A DNA stretch of 64,000 nucleotides from Emiliania huxleyi CCMP1516. Taxonomy: Eukaryota. Shown here one piece after another: positions 25,849 to 37,900 of the stretch. Each line of letters starts with the position of its first letter. Within the stretch, counting starts at the first letter, position 1. Under the pieces are notes generated by a model, which ran no database searches, was not told the DNA's origin, and was given only the letters and a program-made list of their open reading frames with translations. Location: contig NW_005202113.1 in the NCBI RefSeq assembly GCF_000372725.1, positions 310,001-374,000 on the forward strand, written 5' to 3'. The translations under genes were made by a program, and so were the position numbers.

Positions 25849-26489
25849 TGCTGGACGACGGTCTCTTGAGCGGGAGTCAGCGAGCCGCCAAAGGACTGAA
25901 AGTCGGGTCCTTGTGCTTCAGCTGGGGTTGAATTCTTTTTCTAAAAAAGTCATTTTGTCACACGGGTTGAGAGCGTGAAATCGTTCACAAAAATCGCACT
26001 ATTCTCGACGCGCGTCGAGATCCAAAACTCGACGCGGCCAACTCCAAGCCCAAATCTGGCCAGAGCCCCATGCCTACCAACCGTCGGCTTCGCCGCTTCC
26101 GTTTCCTTGAGCACCCTCCCGTGGCTCCGAGGTCGGCCTTTCAGGATGCCACGTGCGCCGACCGTCAGCGCCACGCGCGGGAGCATGTGTCCAATGTGCC
26201 ACGCGGCGGCGCGACAGTCACGGGACGACCGATGAAGCCAAACAAGCCACAAAACTCGCTCATTCAGAGCTCAGGTTTTCACCGATTTGCTGTGGGCGTT
26301 GGCTGAAAATAGTGCTCAAACCGACCAAGTTAAGCGAAAATCGGCCAAACGTGAAACGAAAACAGCACTATTTAAGGGCATCAGTAACTCGCCTCCGGCG
26401 GGGCCCCCCGCTACTAGTGTAAACCCATACAAAGTGCCTCTCCGAGAGCCGCAACGACGAATGCATATGGTCGCACACGGCGGCCGCAT

Positions 26490-27273
26490 TTACCGAGCGT
26501 TCTCGACACGGTTACACCAGAACACCCGGTCACAGCCCGGTTGGTCCCACAGGGGCGCGAACGGCAGCCCTAGCCAGCGGCCCGAATCGATGACGTATCG
26601 CTTGATGTAGGACGAATCGGCGACGCGGTCGACGAGGTAGTTGCGTGAGGTGGTGGACGCGTTCAGCATGATGGCGCGCCCGTCCCGCCATGCGGTGCGG
26701 TCCTCCGACACGCTGTCCTCGATTGCGATGGCCTCGCACCCGATGCGCCAGAGGTGGTCGTACGCCTTGCCGTACTGCTCCCGGGCAGCCATCTCCTTGT
26801 CCTGCATGCGCGTCGCGAGCTGCTCGATGGCCTTGCGCAGCTGCGGCGCAATGGGCACCTCGTAGTACTGCGTGTAGTACTGCCAGCTCACTCGCTCCAG
26901 CGGCGTGTCCGGCAGTGGCCATGTCAAGCCGAACTGATCCTCCTCGGCCGCAATGCCGTATGCCTCGCGTAAAGTGAGTGGGTGTGGGATGCAAGTGCAA
27001 GTGCGAAAGCGCTTGCAGGTTGCAATTAGAGGGCAAAGGATCTGGTCAAGCTCTCGAGGCGGTTCACCGCTGCGACTGCTGAGAGCATCGAGATCATTAG
27101 CCGAGAACTTCCAGCGCAGCGTGTCGCGGAGCGCCTGCGCGACTACGATACAGAAGATGTCCTCCTTGTCGAGTAGCAGCAGCAGCAAAGCGTCTCCCGT
27201 GTCGTCGGCTACCGGCGAGAAAAAGTCCAGCGGTGCCGGCGACGGGCACAGGCCTGGCGTGGGGATGCTCATG
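26490..27273 (-). CDS. Hypothetical protein (start uncertain)
   Basis: Long ORF with ordinary protein composition; no family recognised. Confidence 0.4.
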
Positions 27274-27483
27274 CGGATTTCGCGCGCGCGCCCGCCGACG
27301 ATCGCCGGGCGGCAAAGAAGAAGAAAAGGGTCAGCCGCGAAACACCTCTCCGACGCGCTCGACAATATAGTCTGCCGAGAAGTTCCTTTCTTACGCCCCA
27401 TAGTGTAACGAAGTGCACTCGTCGGGCCTCCGCTCGAAGAAGTCCCCGGTTGCGGGGCTGCGCTGCTGCTGCGGGCGAACCCT

Positions 27484-28434
27484 ATGTCGCGCCCTCCCAC
27501 ATGTTGGGTGAGCCGGCAGGAGAATGACCAAGGAGCGCGGGCGTGCAGCGCGAAGCTGCCTGCCCATGGGCCGGGAGCATGCGACGGGACGGCCAAGGTG
27601 CCGTCGCTCATCGTGATGTCTCAGAAGGGCCACGGCCACATCGCGTATGATGGCTCACGTCTGCGCGAGCGGCAAACAAGCTTTGAGGAGGTCAAGTTGA
27701 GCAATGGCAGCCTCGCGCGCGTGGCCGACGCGTTGCAGCTAAACTCGCTGCCGTGTGTGCCCTCCTCTCCTCGAGCGCTCTTCCGATGGGCCGCCGGTGA
27801 TTGCGGTGCTACGATGGTGGAGGCATACCACCAGCTACGGCGCTGTGAGGGCAGCAAGCACGTCAGCGACTCGGGGCTGCGGCTGCTGACGGATTGCGCG
27901 GCGGGCGAGGTGGTGGCGGCATTCGTCGTAGCGGCCGTGGCGCCGCCGTGCCTGTCAGAGGAGGAGCACGAGCAGCTCCTGGCACTGCTTCGCGCGAGGG
28001 ATATTGGGACAGAGGGGGGGCTGTCGACCATGCAGCGCGACGACAAGTGGTGGGTCATTTACGACAAGGCGCGCTCGCCGGGTTGGCTGCTGAATGCACC
28101 GCTGCTCGTTGGCGGCAGATGCCAGGGCGTGAGGAAGCCGCAGGCCAACGTCGTGCGGTACGTGCCGCAAGGAGAGGAGGGCGTCGTCTTTGTGGTGGCC
28201 AAGAAGCCGCTCAAGGCGGGAGATGACCTGTGGTTCGCGTACGGCTCGAGCAACGGCATGCTGCGGGAGGTGCGCGCGGCTCGCAAGGAGCGTAGCGAGA
28301 AGCGGCTGCGCGTGGACCGCGGGCCGGCGCAGCGGAAGGAGGCGCGGCGCCATCAAACGGACGCCGCGCGCAAAGCCCGCTGGACTGGCTCGTGGGAGCG
28401 ACCCAACTCGCGTGTTGTTAAGGGGGGTGAGTGA
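27484..28434 (+). CDS. SET-domain protein (putative lysine methyltransferase) with basic C-terminal tail
   Basis: SGLRLLTDCAAGEVVAAF, GWLLNAP (NHS-equivalent position), PQANV, VFVVAKKPLKAGDDLWFAYG. Confidence 0.7.
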   Translation: MSRPPTCWVSRQENDQGARACSAKLPAHGPGACDGTAKVPSLIVMSQKGHGHIAYDGSRLRERQTSFEEVKLSNGSLARVADALQLNSLPCVPSSPRALFRWAAGDCGATMVEAYHQLRRCEGSKHVSDSGLRLLTDCAAGEVVAAFVVAAVAPPCLSEEEHEQLLALLRARDIGTEGGLSTMQRDDKWWVIYDKARSPGWLLNAPLLVGGRCQGVRKPQANVVRYVPQGEEGVVFVVAKKPLKAGDDLWFAYGSSNGMLREVRAARKERSEKRLRVDRGPAQRKEARRHQTDAARKARWTGSWERPNSRVVKGGE

Positions 28435-28483
28435 TACAAGCTTACTAAAGATGAATGTTCACGCGCACCCACACATGCACACT

Positions 28484-30339
28484 TCAGGCCGACCAACGCA
28501 TCCCGATCGCGATACTAATCCAATGAAACCCAGGACTATTGGACTCGTGGTCGTTCATCACAAAGTAGCGGAGCGGAGCGGGCGGAGCACGCTCGGCACG
28601 CACATAGGTGTGCAGGCTCTCGCCAATCAGGCGAGCGACGTAGTCTCGAGCGCCAACTGTGAGTGGCCACTCGTAGCACGGATACGCGATCCTCGTCCCA
28701 GCGGGGGCATCTCTCCATGCCTGTCCCTCGTCAGGGTGAAACTGGTCGTAGAAGTACTGCGTCAGGTAGTACACCTCCTGCGTCTCGAGCATGACGGCCT
28801 CTTCCTCCAAAGGAGGGTCTCTCCGTCGCATATTGTTCAGCGCGTTGTTCCCAACGGTGATCCAGTTTTGCTGCACGGCGTCACTCACGTCGACCGTCAG
28901 CCACGCGCCATCGCTGGCATCTCGCATGGTCTGGATGCTGCGAGCAGCCACATACCCACAAGCAGGGCCTCTCTGAGTCATGTTTGTAGTGACCGTGACG
29001 TCAAAGCCGAGGCACCGAAGCCAGGCGATGAGCGCGTTCCTCGTGGCGACACATCGTGGCGACGCATGATAGAAGTCGATGACTCGTGCCTCAAGGATCG
29101 GCCTTGGAGCCATGGCTGCGAAGACTCGCCAGGGTTCGGCACTCTGCCCGACGAGTTGATGTGGCACCCGAAGCGTGGGCAGCCCGCGCCGAACAAGAGC
29201 GTCGGTGTTCCTCTGAACCTCACGGCTTGTTCCTCCGCTCGGACGAGTCGCCTGCTTCTTGGGCTCACTGTTGGGTTCGGCGCCACTGCTCGGTGCTGCG
29301 GGCCGCTTCCTCAGAGCCTTATCGGAGGGGGCAGGAGCCTTATCGGAGGGGGCAGGAGCCTTATCGGAGGGGGCAGAGGCTGGCCCGCTCATCCATGAGC
29401 GGAGGCTGCTGCTCCCGTTTGTCGGGCGCGACGATGACGGGCGCGACGCTGGCTTCGGCGCCTCGTGCCCGAGCCGTGTGGCGGTCCGCGCGGCGAGGCT
29501 GCGCAGCGTCGCCTCGTGCTCTATGCGCAGCTTGAGCGCCGGCTTCCTCGCAATCGTCTCGGTGAGTCGCTCGACGCCGGGCCACGAGGAAAAGGCAAAG
29601 TCGGACGGGTTGCGCACGCGGGTGAGGGCGACGAAGAGCAGCCCGACGCACCACTCATCCTCCCCAGCATCAAACACGACGCGCGGCAGCGTGAGGCCCT
29701 GCGCCTTGTGGACGGTCAGCGCGTAGGCGAGCATGAGCGGGAACTGCTGCCGCTTGTGTGCGGCTCCGTTCACATAGATCTCGCTCGCCGCGCGCCCGAT
29801 GCAGACCAGCGCCTCGCACGACGAGTCGAAGTTGCCGGCGGGGCCATGTTCGTAGGAGGGGCCCTTGTAGCCGTCGCGGTGGGCCGTCGCCCGTCGCACC
29901 CTGAGCACCACGGCCTCGGTCATGCCCTTGGCGTTCACAATCACGTCGTGCACGTGACCGACTGTGCCGTTGCAGAGGCCGTGCTTGATGCAGAGGTTCC
30001 GCGTGATCATCACGCGAGCGCCGAGGCACAGAGACAGGTCGTTGGTCAAGTTGCGCATGTCGTCATCGTCGGCAGCGGCAGCGATGGCGCTCGAGTTGAT
30101 GGCTGGGATAGTGATGCTCGGCGTCTTCCTCTCGAGCGCCGCCTCAATCTCAGCGTTGTTCCGCTCGTCTCGCTTGGCCTGCGTGGTCACGAGGTGGTAC
30201 GTCTCGGGCGACGCAAACTGAGCCTGTCGCCCGTCGAGCCGCATGTGCTTCTTCATGTACTCCACATCGTCCCGGGTGGCGAGCCCGTCACGCACACGCA
30301 GCTGCACCTCTCGAAAAGAGTCGTCGGAGGTGCGCTCGA
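28484..30339 (-). CDS. PIF1-like SF1B helicase, C-terminal half, fused to a putative cysteine-protease-like domain; N-terminus lost in gap
   Basis: LCLGARVMITRNL..GLCNGTVG, RQQFPLMLAYALTVHKAQGLTL, LLFVALTRV; tail QRGPACG...MNDHESNSPGFHWISIAI. Confidence 0.85.
29315..29376 (+). repeat. 21-bp tandem repeat x3 encoding PAPSDKA
   Basis: gagccttatcggagggggcag repeated three times. Confidence 0.9.
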
Positions 30340-30439
30340 NNNNNNNNNNNNNNNNNNNNNNNNNNNNNNNNNNNNNNNNNNNNNNNNNNNNNNNNNNNNN
30401 NNNNNNNNNNNNNNNNNNNNNNNNNNNNNNNNNNNNNNN

Positions 30440-30760
30440 ACGCCAAAGAAATCGAAGATTTCGGCGGGCGCCCGACGCGCGGTATGGAGCACGGCGCGCT
30501 GCCCGGCATGCCTGCAGCATCCAAACGAGACGCACGGCGTCGCTCAGCCGTGTCCACGCGGCTTCGCTCCTGTCCTAACCGGCGCCATCTGGGCGGCTGC
30601 TGTGGAGCTGCCGCCGGCGGTGCGGCAACTGGCCGACAGATACAACGCTCAGGGCACCCGCCGGCGATTCACTGGAAAGGAACGAAGGCGCCGCTGTCGG
30701 CGATTCACCGCCGTTCGTTCCCGTCTCTCAAGCTGGCTACACTGTACATGGACGAGGGAG
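30440..30760 (-). repeat. Right arm of ~320-bp inverted repeat, abutting the gap
   Basis: Reverse complement of 24370-24691. Confidence 0.9.
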
Positions 30761-30974
30761 TTGTCGAATTTTCTGTGGTACGGGTCTCTGTGTGTTAGCA
30801 GACCGCCCTGGCGGACTCGTTTACACTTCCAAGCTCAAGCCAGGCGCCGCAGGCCATAAAGAGGAGCGCAGATTAAAATGGCGCCGCAGGCTCCCCGGGC
30901 CGTCCGCGCACAGACCACAGGAAAAAACAAAAATCTATAAAACATCTATCAACTCCACTAGGGGGTGGGTGGGC

Positions 30975-31570
30975 TCCGATCTCCCCATCTCCAATACTCT
31001 CTAATCCACAGCGTCGTCATATTAGGCCGGGGATCCAGTCAGATCTCCGATCTCCATCTTCAATCTCCAATCTCCCAACGTCGTCATCTTAGGCCGGATT
31101 CAGTCAGATCTCCGATCTCCATCTCCAATCTCCAATCTCCAATCTCGATTCGGGGGCCCGGGGGAGGAGGGGGGCTCAAACCTTCAAGGAGATGCAATTT
31201 GGATTCATTCACACTGACTGACCATCTCTCGTCTCCGATCTCCAATCTTCTACTTGGCCACTGTCGCCGCCGGCAGCAATCTACGACCTCCATTTTCAAT
31301 CTTCGATCTCACATCTGGGGCGGTCCGGATGGCTGGGCGCTAGGATCTACAATCTGCATTCTCCATCTCCTACGGCTATCTCCCACATTTTGGCCCGTGT
31401 TGCTGCTCAGCGATCTGCAATCCACAATCTCAATCTCTTCGTTCTTTAGTCTTGAATGGGGAACCGGAGAGGAGGGATCTACTGGCGAGACTTGGGCGTG
31501 TCCGTGTGAGAGATCCACTAGGATCTCCAGTCTTAAACTTAATCTACACTGTCTCTCCAACCCCCGATCG
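30975..31570 (+). repeat. (A/G)ATCTCC-rich repetitive element
   Basis: Many atctcc/aatctc/gatct units, with an internal duplication ttaggccgg...cagtcagatctccgatctccatct. Confidence 0.6.
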
Positions 31571-31650
31571 ACTGTCTGTTCTTGCGCAGAGATTTCCGCC
31601 ATAAAACTTAAAAGCCGTATTCCAATTCCATTGCTCCCGACGCCCTCTCT

Positions 31651-31652
<2 letters not shown>

Positions 31653-31682
<30 letters not shown>

Positions 31683-31699
31683 CATACATACATACATAC
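31653..31699 (+). repeat. (TACA)n microsatellite
   Basis: Perfect TACA run. Confidence 0.95.
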
Positions 31700-32129
31700 T
31701 CGTGTCCAATATTCCTCCGCCTCCGCCCCTCGGGCCCTCTCTTCTCGCTTTTGCCTTTCGAGCCTGTGTGCGCGGCCCACCACACGAGCAGGCTCCCACA
31801 GATCGACAGACGACAACCCACGACCATGCCCACGACCCACAGTTATTATGCGCCCCAACTCCCATGCCATGCCCACGGCCCGTGCCGCCCCTAGAGCCGT
31901 ACAGCGGTCTATGTGCCACACCACCCGCACGACCACGCCACGGACGAGTAGTTCGAGCCTGATGAGGAGAACTATTGCTCCTCCCGGCTAGCCGTCCACC
32001 CGACGGCACAGTCCCAGCCATCCACATAATGTGGGCATGCGCACAGGCCACGCCAAGGCGGCAGTAGGTACAGAGGAGATGGCGATGCCAGTACACGAGC
32101 GCGGCTCACACCTGCCAGGTTGTTGACCG

Positions 32130-32621
32130 CTAGGTTGGTGAGCGCTTTTGCGGGACGTGGTTTTTGAGGAAGGACTGGACGCGCCGCAGCAGCCTCGGCT
32201 GTGGCGTGGGCTGAACGGTGGGCGGCTCGGGGCGGAGTGGTCCCGCCCCGGCGAGGTCCGCATACTGCACCACAAAGGCAAGCAGCAGGAGCAGCAGCCC
32301 GACGACCACCACTCGAGAGCCCTTGGGCCCGACCGGCGCTGGCGCCGCCGCCTCCGCCGCCGCCGACGGCTTGGGCTCGATGTCGGCTGCCGTCGCGCGC
32401 GCGCGCCTGCCTGGCGAGTCGCGCAGACGCGACGACGGGGGCGCGGCCGCTGCGAGCGCCGCGGTGACGTCCTTTGAGGGCGAGTCCGACCCCAGCCGCC
32501 GTTTGGCGGGCGAAGCCTTGGCGCGAGTCGGGGAGGCGCGCGGAGGCTTTCGCGGCGACGGCGACGGCCTGCGCCGCGTGGGAGATCGCGTCGGCCGCTG
32601 CGGGGAGGAGGCGACCATCAA
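32130..32621 (-). CDS. Small single-pass membrane protein, hypothetical
   Basis: Ser/Pro/Arg-rich N-terminus followed by hydrophobic VVVVGLLLLLLAFVV. Confidence 0.45.
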   Translation of the reverse strand: MMVASSPQRPTRSPTRRRPSPSPRKPPRASPTRAKASPAKRRLGSDSPSKDVTAALAAAAPPSSRLRDSPGRRARATAADIEPKPSAAAEAAAPAPVGPKGSRVVVVGLLLLLLAFVVQYADLAGAGPLRPEPPTVQPTPQPRLLRRVQSFLKNHVPQKRSPT

Positions 32622-32747
32622 GGAGGTCGTTCAAGTCGTCGTCGGGTAGCTTTTGCCAACAATATAAATTCAGGAGCTCGCAGAAAATAAAAGAATTCCT
32701 ACCTATTCGCTGCTTTTGCTACTAACACGCAAGTCCTGCTGGGCGCG

Positions 32748-33818
32748 GTGGACATGACTGCGGCCGCCCCAGAGGCCCTCTCCCGCGGCTACTCGCTCGG
32801 CGCCGCGGGCGGCGCCGGCGCGTGCGCGCCGCTGTCGGGCTGCGCGGCGGCCACGTGCGTCGCGGCGTCGCAGCCGCTCTCGTACTGGAGCGGGCCGCTC
32901 AACCTGTCGGCCGCCCGGCGCGGCCAGCTCTTTGCGGGCAGGCGTGGCGGCCGCAGGATGCGCGGCGGCCGCCGGCTCGAAGCGGACGGCGACGCGACGG
33001 TCGGGCGGCAGCTGGCGGCGCCGGGCAAATGCGCGCGCGGGAGCCCCGACTGGAAGCCGGTCGGCTTTGTGCATGTCAACAAGGCGGGCGGCACGGCGAT
33101 GATTGCCATCCTCGGCAAGCACAGCCGGCCGCAGATGCTGCAGTTCACGTCGCCGCAGGCGCTGGCGAAGCTGCGCTCGATCCGGTCGCGCTTCTTCCAC
33201 GCCTCTGCCGCGCTCCAGCAGTGGGCCGTCGGCGAGGCGGCCTGGCGCGACGCGTACCGCTTTGCGCTCGTTCGCAACCCGTGGGCGAGGCAGGTGTCGA
33301 TGTTCCACTTCCTGCTCGAGACGGCGTCGTGCGCGAAGCCGTGCGGGCAGCGCGCGGCGCACTGCGACAAGCGGCTCCTGCCGCAGGCGGGCCCCTGGCT
33401 CGCGAGCGTCGACCTCGCCACGCCGCGCTTCCGCGCGTGGATCCGCGACATGGCTGCCGCCTTCCCACCCGGCCACCCGCAGCAGCACCTCTTCGGCGCG
33501 CGCTTCCACGGGAACGAGCGCGACGCGTGGTACAACGCGTCCCAGATCTCGTGGATGGTCGACGGCCGCGGCGCCGTCCTCGTCGACGACATCTTCAAGC
33601 TCGAGGAGCTGCAGCAGCACTGGCCGACGCTGCAGCGGCGCGTCTGCTCGCTGCGCGGCGTGCCGTATGCCGACGGCGGGCTGAGGAAGAACCCGTCGAC
33701 GCACGCGCACTACTCGCGCTACTACGACGACCAGACGCGCCGGATCGTCGCGCAGTACATGCAGGCCGACATCGACCGCTTTGGGTACACCTTTGAGCAG
33801 CAGCAGGGCGGCGGCTGA
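32748..33818 (+). CDS. Sulfotransferase (Sulfotransfer_2 family)
   Basis: 5'-PSB FVHVNKAGGT, 3'-PB FALVRNPWARQVSMF, YYD...VAQYMQADIDRFGY. Confidence 0.9.
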   Translation: MDMTAAAPEALSRGYSLGAAGGAGACAPLSGCAAATCVAASQPLSYWSGPLNLSAARRGQLFAGRRGGRRMRGGRRLEADGDATVGRQLAAPGKCARGSPDWKPVGFVHVNKAGGTAMIAILGKHSRPQMLQFTSPQALAKLRSIRSRFFHASAALQQWAVGEAAWRDAYRFALVRNPWARQVSMFHFLLETASCAKPCGQRAAHCDKRLLPQAGPWLASVDLATPRFRAWIRDMAAAFPPGHPQQHLFGARFHGNERDAWYNASQISWMVDGRGAVLVDDIFKLEELQQHWPTLQRRVCSLRGVPYADGGLRKNPSTHAHYSRYYDDQTRRIVAQYMQADIDRFGYTFEQQQGGG

Positions 33819-34405
33819 GGCGCGGAGAGGGCGGGGGCAGGGAGCGTGTTTCCAGGCGATTCTTCCGCGCCCGGGCTTATGTGGTTGTTCGTGGACCCGC
33901 TATCGTCGAATTCCAATTCGTGAGAGAGACGAGTCTCGCTACTGCTCCGCGAGACGGGGGGTTGCGGGGGGGAGGAGCGCACTGAACAAGACTCAAGTGC
34001 TGTGTCGGATGTGATAAAGCTGCTCCCATCTTTTGGGTAATCACAGCCGCCGCCCCCGCCGCCGCCCCCGCCGCCGCGCCGCCGAGTGTGCGAGACCGTG
34101 GAGTCCGAGAGCGGAGTCGTCCGGAGAGGGCCGGGAAAAGTGCGCGGGCGAAGCGAAGGCACACACCGGCAGTTTGCGCGCCGCGCAGCTGTGGGCCTGT
34201 GGCTGCTGGGCGGAGCTGCCCCCGAGCTCGCAGCTGACACAATACTCAAAAGAGACAACACGTAAAAAAACGTGTACTTCCGCACACGTTCTCACCGCGG
34301 CTTTGATTCGTGAGTCATGAACGACGCGCTGCCCGCCGGACACCGTGCGCCGTCGAGTACAAAACATGGAAGACCCAGGAGAAGCGCGGGCTCTTACCCT
34401 CATCC

Positions 34406-35580
34406 TCAGCTCTCCTTTGGCTTGCTCGGGGCGCACTGCTCGATCTGCCGGTCGATTTGCCGGGTAAAGTTTTGCAATCGGTGGTTGTACCAGGACGCGC
34501 CGTTCCACGCGGCGAACAAGCCGGTGCACAGGACGACCGCAAAGTGGATCTCCGGAGTGCCATACGCGTACAGGGGGTACGTCGTGCAAAGGATGGCGGC
34601 GTTCAGCGCCACCGAGATCACCTCGTACTTCAGGAAGCGGAGCGTCTCAGACCCGCCCTCGCCGATGCGGCCAAGAACGGCGGTGAAGATGTTGCGGCCG
34701 CCGCGCGAGCTCATGTTGTAGTGATAGGTCGTGTTCCAATGCCTGCTGCGGAGCGCATCGCCAAAGGCTAGCATGAAGGCGGCATGGAGCATAGCCCACA
34801 CCGCGAGGAAGGCGAGGGGCAGCTGGATATACTCAGAGAGCAGAACCTGGTCAATGGGGAAGAGGTCGTTCTCCGTGTGCCACCGGAGGCAGTGGGCGGC
34901 GATGTGCGGCGAGAGGTGAATGATGAGCGACATCATGTGGTCCACGCTGTGCGGGACGAGCGCATTTCCAAGAAGCACCACCGAACCGCCTGAAGGCAGG
35001 GCTTACATACTGTAAAGGGTGGGGAGCGACACAGTCGGTGCCGTGCTGAGAAAACGACACCGAGCGGGCCGGCGCCGAAGGCGAAGAGGGTGCGCAGCGC
35101 AGTTGCGCGTGTCTCGCGGTCAAACTTTTCAGGGTAGACGCCGAGGGAAATCAGATAGATCGTCATGGAGAAGTTGGCCGCCCAACAAAACTCCACAAAG
35201 TAAGCCAGGCCAGCGAGGGATGGTTGAGACCAACGCCAGGCGTGAATGGGCGTGAGGATGCAGAACTGAAGGCAGTGCCAAAGATAATAGTGCTGTGGCC
35301 AGCGTCCGGCGATGTAGATGCTGCCGAAGGCCTTTGCCTGCCCCAGAAAAAACTTGCCCCGGTTAAAGCCGAGGACTGGCGATGCGCCAAATCTGTGTTG
35401 CTCCAATTGGACGACGGCAAGGGCAGTGCGCAGGCCATCCTCGTAAGTCAAGCACGCCTGGGATTTAGCCGCGATTCGCGAGCTCCGACGTTTGGGCGTG
35501 CCCGGGCCGAGAAAATGCCACGAGGAGGGAGGCATGCTTGACGGACTCCGCGACATCGGAGCGCGCGTGCCAAAGCGCAC
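34406..35580 (-). CDS. Glycerophosphocholine acyltransferase (GPC1/GPCAT, DUF2838-like), intron 34990-35060, possibly another upstream
   Basis: YFVEFCWAAN, GPL, NALVPHSVDHMMSLIIHLSP, AAWNGASWY; multi-TM. Confidence 0.75.
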
Positions 35581-35888
35581 GTGCCGACGGCAACCCCTCC
35601 GCCCGGGTTTGATGACCGCAAGCTTGGAATTGTTTTTTGAGCTTAGCCTTCGATGTTATGAAAACAAACGCAAGGCGGACATGGCATATCGCTCTCGGGC
35701 TCACAGACATCCCTCACACCCGCCGCCCCCGTGCGCGCCCCACCCCGGCCGGGAGAAAGGGGAGTGATTGTTTTTTTGGATTTTCGCAGCTCTCCCGGGG
35801 CACTGACCTTCTCTGCGAACACCTCCCTGACACCTCCCAAAGCGGGCGTGTTTGAAGCCACCTTCCGGTGCTCGCTGTTGCCAGCCGA

Positions 35889-36852
35889 TCAGACCTCGTT
35901 TGCCTGCTGGAATAGGTTCGCCAGCACCGCCAGCGCGGCATCGTCCCAAGGCGCCCCCCGCGACGGAGTCGCCGGCCGGGCTGAGGCAGGCCGCCGCCTC
36001 GGCTTCGGCGGCGTTTCGTACCCTGCTATCGGCACGCTTCGCTGCGCAGGTGGCCGCCATGCCGGCGATTGGTTTCGGGCCGACTGAGGCCTTTTGAAGA
36101 CCTTCTTGGGTGTCGCCAGCCTGGCAGTGCTGCGCTCGAGGTCCCACTCTCCAAGGCGAAGCGGTTTCTTCCCATCCGTGTCCGGTGGGCGTGGCGGCGG
36201 CTCCGGGGACCGCGTGCGCGCCTCATTCTTCCGCTTGGCCCAGTTCTTGGCATCGCGCTCGAGCGCCTGAAACCTCGCCTCCCGTTCCTTCTCGGTGACC
36301 TTGCTGCCCCGGCTGGAGAGGGCTCGCATCGCCGCCCGCTCTTTGCTGACCTGCTCCTGCTGCCACCGCTCAAAATTCTCCTTTTTAGAGCGCTCCAGCG
36401 AGAGCCGCAGCCGCTTCTGCGCCTCGGCGCGGTCCGCCTTGCTGAGCTTGGACGGCGGTCGCGCCGTCGCCGCGCGCCGCCTGCGCTCCGCTGCCGCCGC
36501 CGCCGCCTTGCTTGCCTCCTCCCCGAGCGCCGTCCGCAGCTCCGCGTGATGCGATCGAAGCAGGTCGCGGCAGCGCCCGGCGACGGCGAGCGTGAGCTTC
36601 AGCAAGCTGGCGATCGATGCGTTTGGATACCTGAGGAAGAGGAGGCGATGGAGAGGCTACTACTTTGCGTAACGACAGCCACCAAATTGCCAGCCCGCAC
36701 TTGATCCGATCGGCGGCCGTCTCGCTGTGCATCGCCTCGATGCGCGCAACGTAGGAGTCGCGCTCACGCGAGAGCTCATCCCACTCGCGGCGCATCCGAT
36801 TGATCTCGATCGCAGTCTCGTCGAGGGCTGGCGCGCTCGCCGTGCTCGTCAT
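35889..36852 (-). CDS. Hypothetical coiled-coil protein, spliced
   Basis: Two charged helical ORF segments separated by a probable intron at ~36632-36699. Confidence 0.55.
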
Positions 36853-37385
36853 GCCTGCCGTCGTTTCCTCTTCCAACCGCCCGGCCCGACTTTTCGACGG
36901 CCGCCGAGTTTGATCGAGGCTCTTTTTCGGAAACCGTTTCGCAACATGCACATGCACATGTGCATGCACATGCACATGTACATGTACATGTGCATGCATG
37001 TATGTATGTAGGAAGGTCAAGAACAGCCAGGCTCGGACTGGACACCAACGCGGTATGGGTGGACGCTGGACAGATGATGACGGCACGCACGAGCGCGACA
37101 CACAGACACAAACAGGCTCACAAGACACACAGCCAGCGGGCTGCCACACACCCTGAGTAGGCGTACACATAACTCAAGGCCACATCCTCCCTGTCGCCCC
37201 CCCCCCCCCAGCACTCCAAGGTGCCAAGGAGAACAAACAAACAAGGGCACAACAAACAACAGACGAAGTAACATGCGTTGGGCTGTCGCAGGTTTGCCTC
37301 TCTCACCCCGTCTGTTTTCCTTTCCTTTTCTCTACAACACCCTCTCTTTTCCTCTCTATTTTCGTCAAATTTTGGGCGCTGAGCC

Positions 37386-37566
37386 GAGTCTGAGGCTGGT
37401 TTGGCTTTGGGCCCAAAATCAGCCAAATTTTAGGCCAAATCGTCAAAATGCCGGGAATTTTGCGGAGAACCCGTGTATACCTGGAAATTACCCTGCGACC
37501 GCCTGGGTTTTTTGTCGATTTCCTCAATTTTGCCTCAGATTTTGCCCCAGACCAGCTCTCAGACTC
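37386..37566. mobile_element. Short MITE-like element
   Basis: Imperfect TIR gagtctgaggctggtttgg / ccagaccagctctcagactc; core related to 3018-3397. Confidence 0.55.
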
Positions 37567-37581
37567 AGGGAAACTCGGCTA

Positions 37582-37900
37582 CTCGCGAGTTTCTAGAATG
37601 GAGCACCAAACACCATGAGGGCCCAACTTGAGAATCGTGCTTTTTGGGTTGGGTTGGGTTGGGTTGTTGGGTTGGGTTGTTCCGCGTGAGGTTGGGTCGT
37701 CGGCGCGAAGGGTGAGGTCTCGACCGCCGCCGCTCACGCCAGCGGACGGCCACTGCCGGTGTTTTTGGCTTCGCCACCGTCCAAGGCGTGCGCCATGCGC
37801 TCGCCGGCATCGAGCGAGCAACTCTCTCCCTCGAACCGTCAGATTTTTGGGGGAGAGAGTTGGGCCCTCGCGAGTTTCCAGAATGGAGCACCAAACACCC
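37582..37900 (+). repeat. 33-bp direct repeat pair flanking a (GGGTT)n tract
   Basis: ctcgcgagtttc(t/c)agaatggagcaccaaacacc at 37582 and 37867. Confidence 0.75.

Noticed and set aside
26398..26418. GC hairpin followed by CTAGT as a Helitron 3' end
   Set aside because: The stem is short, the spacer is only 2 nt, and it is on the opposite strand to the nearby helicase
28484..30535. 683-aa ORF read through the N gap as one protein
   Set aside because: The N-terminal residues come from the inverted-repeat arm across a placeholder gap; only 28484-30339 is supportable
30975..31570. CRISPR-like array
   Set aside because: Irregular short motifs with no constant repeat or spacer length, no cas genes, and a eukaryotic context
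37645..37680. Telomeric repeat
   Set aside because: The unit is GGGTT, not TTAGGG, and the tract is short and internal
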